A stretch of DNA of 63,814 nucleotides, the filler included, from Sphacelaria rigidula (taxonomy: Eukaryota), in NCBI GenBank assembly GCA_964200075.2. It is 10 parts of 10 records of this genome, joined end to end, with 100 filler letters (N's around TTAATTAATTAA, not from the genome) between each part and the next. Parts side by side here need not be neighbours in the genome. Positions count along the whole stretch, not along the records: positions 57,524 to 63,814 come from CAXNAA020020976.1; 9 more parts are not named here. The stretch is one strand, 5' to 3'. The notes beneath the pieces were generated by a model, which was not told where the DNA came from, did not search any database, and saw only the letters and a list, made by a program, of their open reading frames with translations. Made by a program: the position numbers and the translations under genes. This document shows, in pieces, positions 62,785 through 63,814 of this stretch (positions are counted from its first letter, which is position 1; the number at the start of each line of letters is the position of its first letter).

Positions 62785-63814
62785 TCATCTTCTTTTTACA
62801 CTCCAAAGCAGCTTGTCTGCTTGCTTGGCTTCAGTGCCATTGCGCCAACTCTAGCGCGATCACGTCAAAGGGGTCATCGCGACACTTTTCTAGCAAGATG
62901 TTTACGTGATTACGAGCAAAATAACAGTAGTATTGGGGTCTGCACGTGACAACAGTACAGGTACAGACAGCACAGTGAAGTACTCGTGGTCACTACAACT
63001 CGAAGTGATGTTGCGGATATATGTCAGGTTTGTCGTTTCATAGCACGACACCTGGAATCAAAGTAGCAAACAAACGGTAATTCACGACCACAAAATACAA
63101 AGTACACCATGGCTTGCAATTCAACTGCATGCGTGCTTGTGGGTCCGGACGTGAATCATTTCGCGCTCTTATCCCCGCGTGCTGCTTGCCTTGGCTTGTT
63201 TGCACCCTCCTCTCCTCACGGTAAGCCTGCTGCTGCATATTACAGATGAATGGTTTTCGAATCGCTCACGGCTTTGAATGAGATTTGAATGTCATCTGAG
63301 AGTGTCCAAAAAAACAATCCAAGACCCTATGCCCCTTTTTTTCAATACATGATTAAAAAAATGAAAATTAAGATAAAATAAATTAAGAATAAAAATAATC
63401 TAAAAAGTATATATAAAAATTATGATTCGTGTTGAGGAAGCTTTAATTCTTCACATTTCTTCGGAGCCAAGTAAGGCCAAGTTATTATCTTTATGGGTTC
63501 CGGTAATACATTGCACATCACACTTCCACGATAAAATTAAGACCAGATGAATACCACAATGCTCTGCAATGCTTGCTCAATGAAGCTAGACGCATCTACC
63601 TGCATCGTCGATTTGCGTCTAATGTGCGTCGAATCTTGTGGTGGCATATATGGCCAAGAATCATGGACGCTACCTCACCGAAGTCGTCCCAAAATGGCCA
63701 GTCATTGAGTGGCTCTTGATGTGAAAACAAAACGCCTACGACCACCGGAGGGGGGGGGGGTGGGGGGCGTACTCATTTGTTGCTTGCCTTAGTCGTTTGA
63801 CCATTGACCACGCA

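Overview
Eukaryotic, intron-rich, repeat-rich DNA. The gene structure, GC-rich exons and repeat types resemble a brown alga or other stramenopile (Ectocarpus-like); this organism call is inference. The window is not contiguous. It is ten unlinked contigs of 6,291-6,292 bp, sorted by length and joined by 100-bp N/TTAATTAATTAA linkers, so nothing can be inferred across linkers. Partial spliced genes I could reconstruct with GT-AG sites: a BET1-like Qc-SNARE, a nine-exon Nup188-like nucleoporin segment, a METTL23-like methyltransferase, a family-A DNA polymerase (Pol theta/nu-like), and a TerC membrane protein. Convergent with TerC and 39 bp from its stop is a GRK-like AGC kinase ending in a CaaX-type motif. 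The rest is mostly mobile DNA: decayed Ty1/Copia elements (one nested in another), a tRNA-derived SINE family, a second retroposon 3' end sharing motifs with the SINE, TTAA-flanked piggyBac-type non-autonomous elements (one with an empty-site homologue in the window), several MITE/fold-back families, a hairpin-unit minisatellite and a possible KDZ-type relic. No CRISPR, rRNA or intact tRNA gene is supported, and I found no clearly new biological system. The best leads are the GRK-like kinase and the SINE/retroposon pair.
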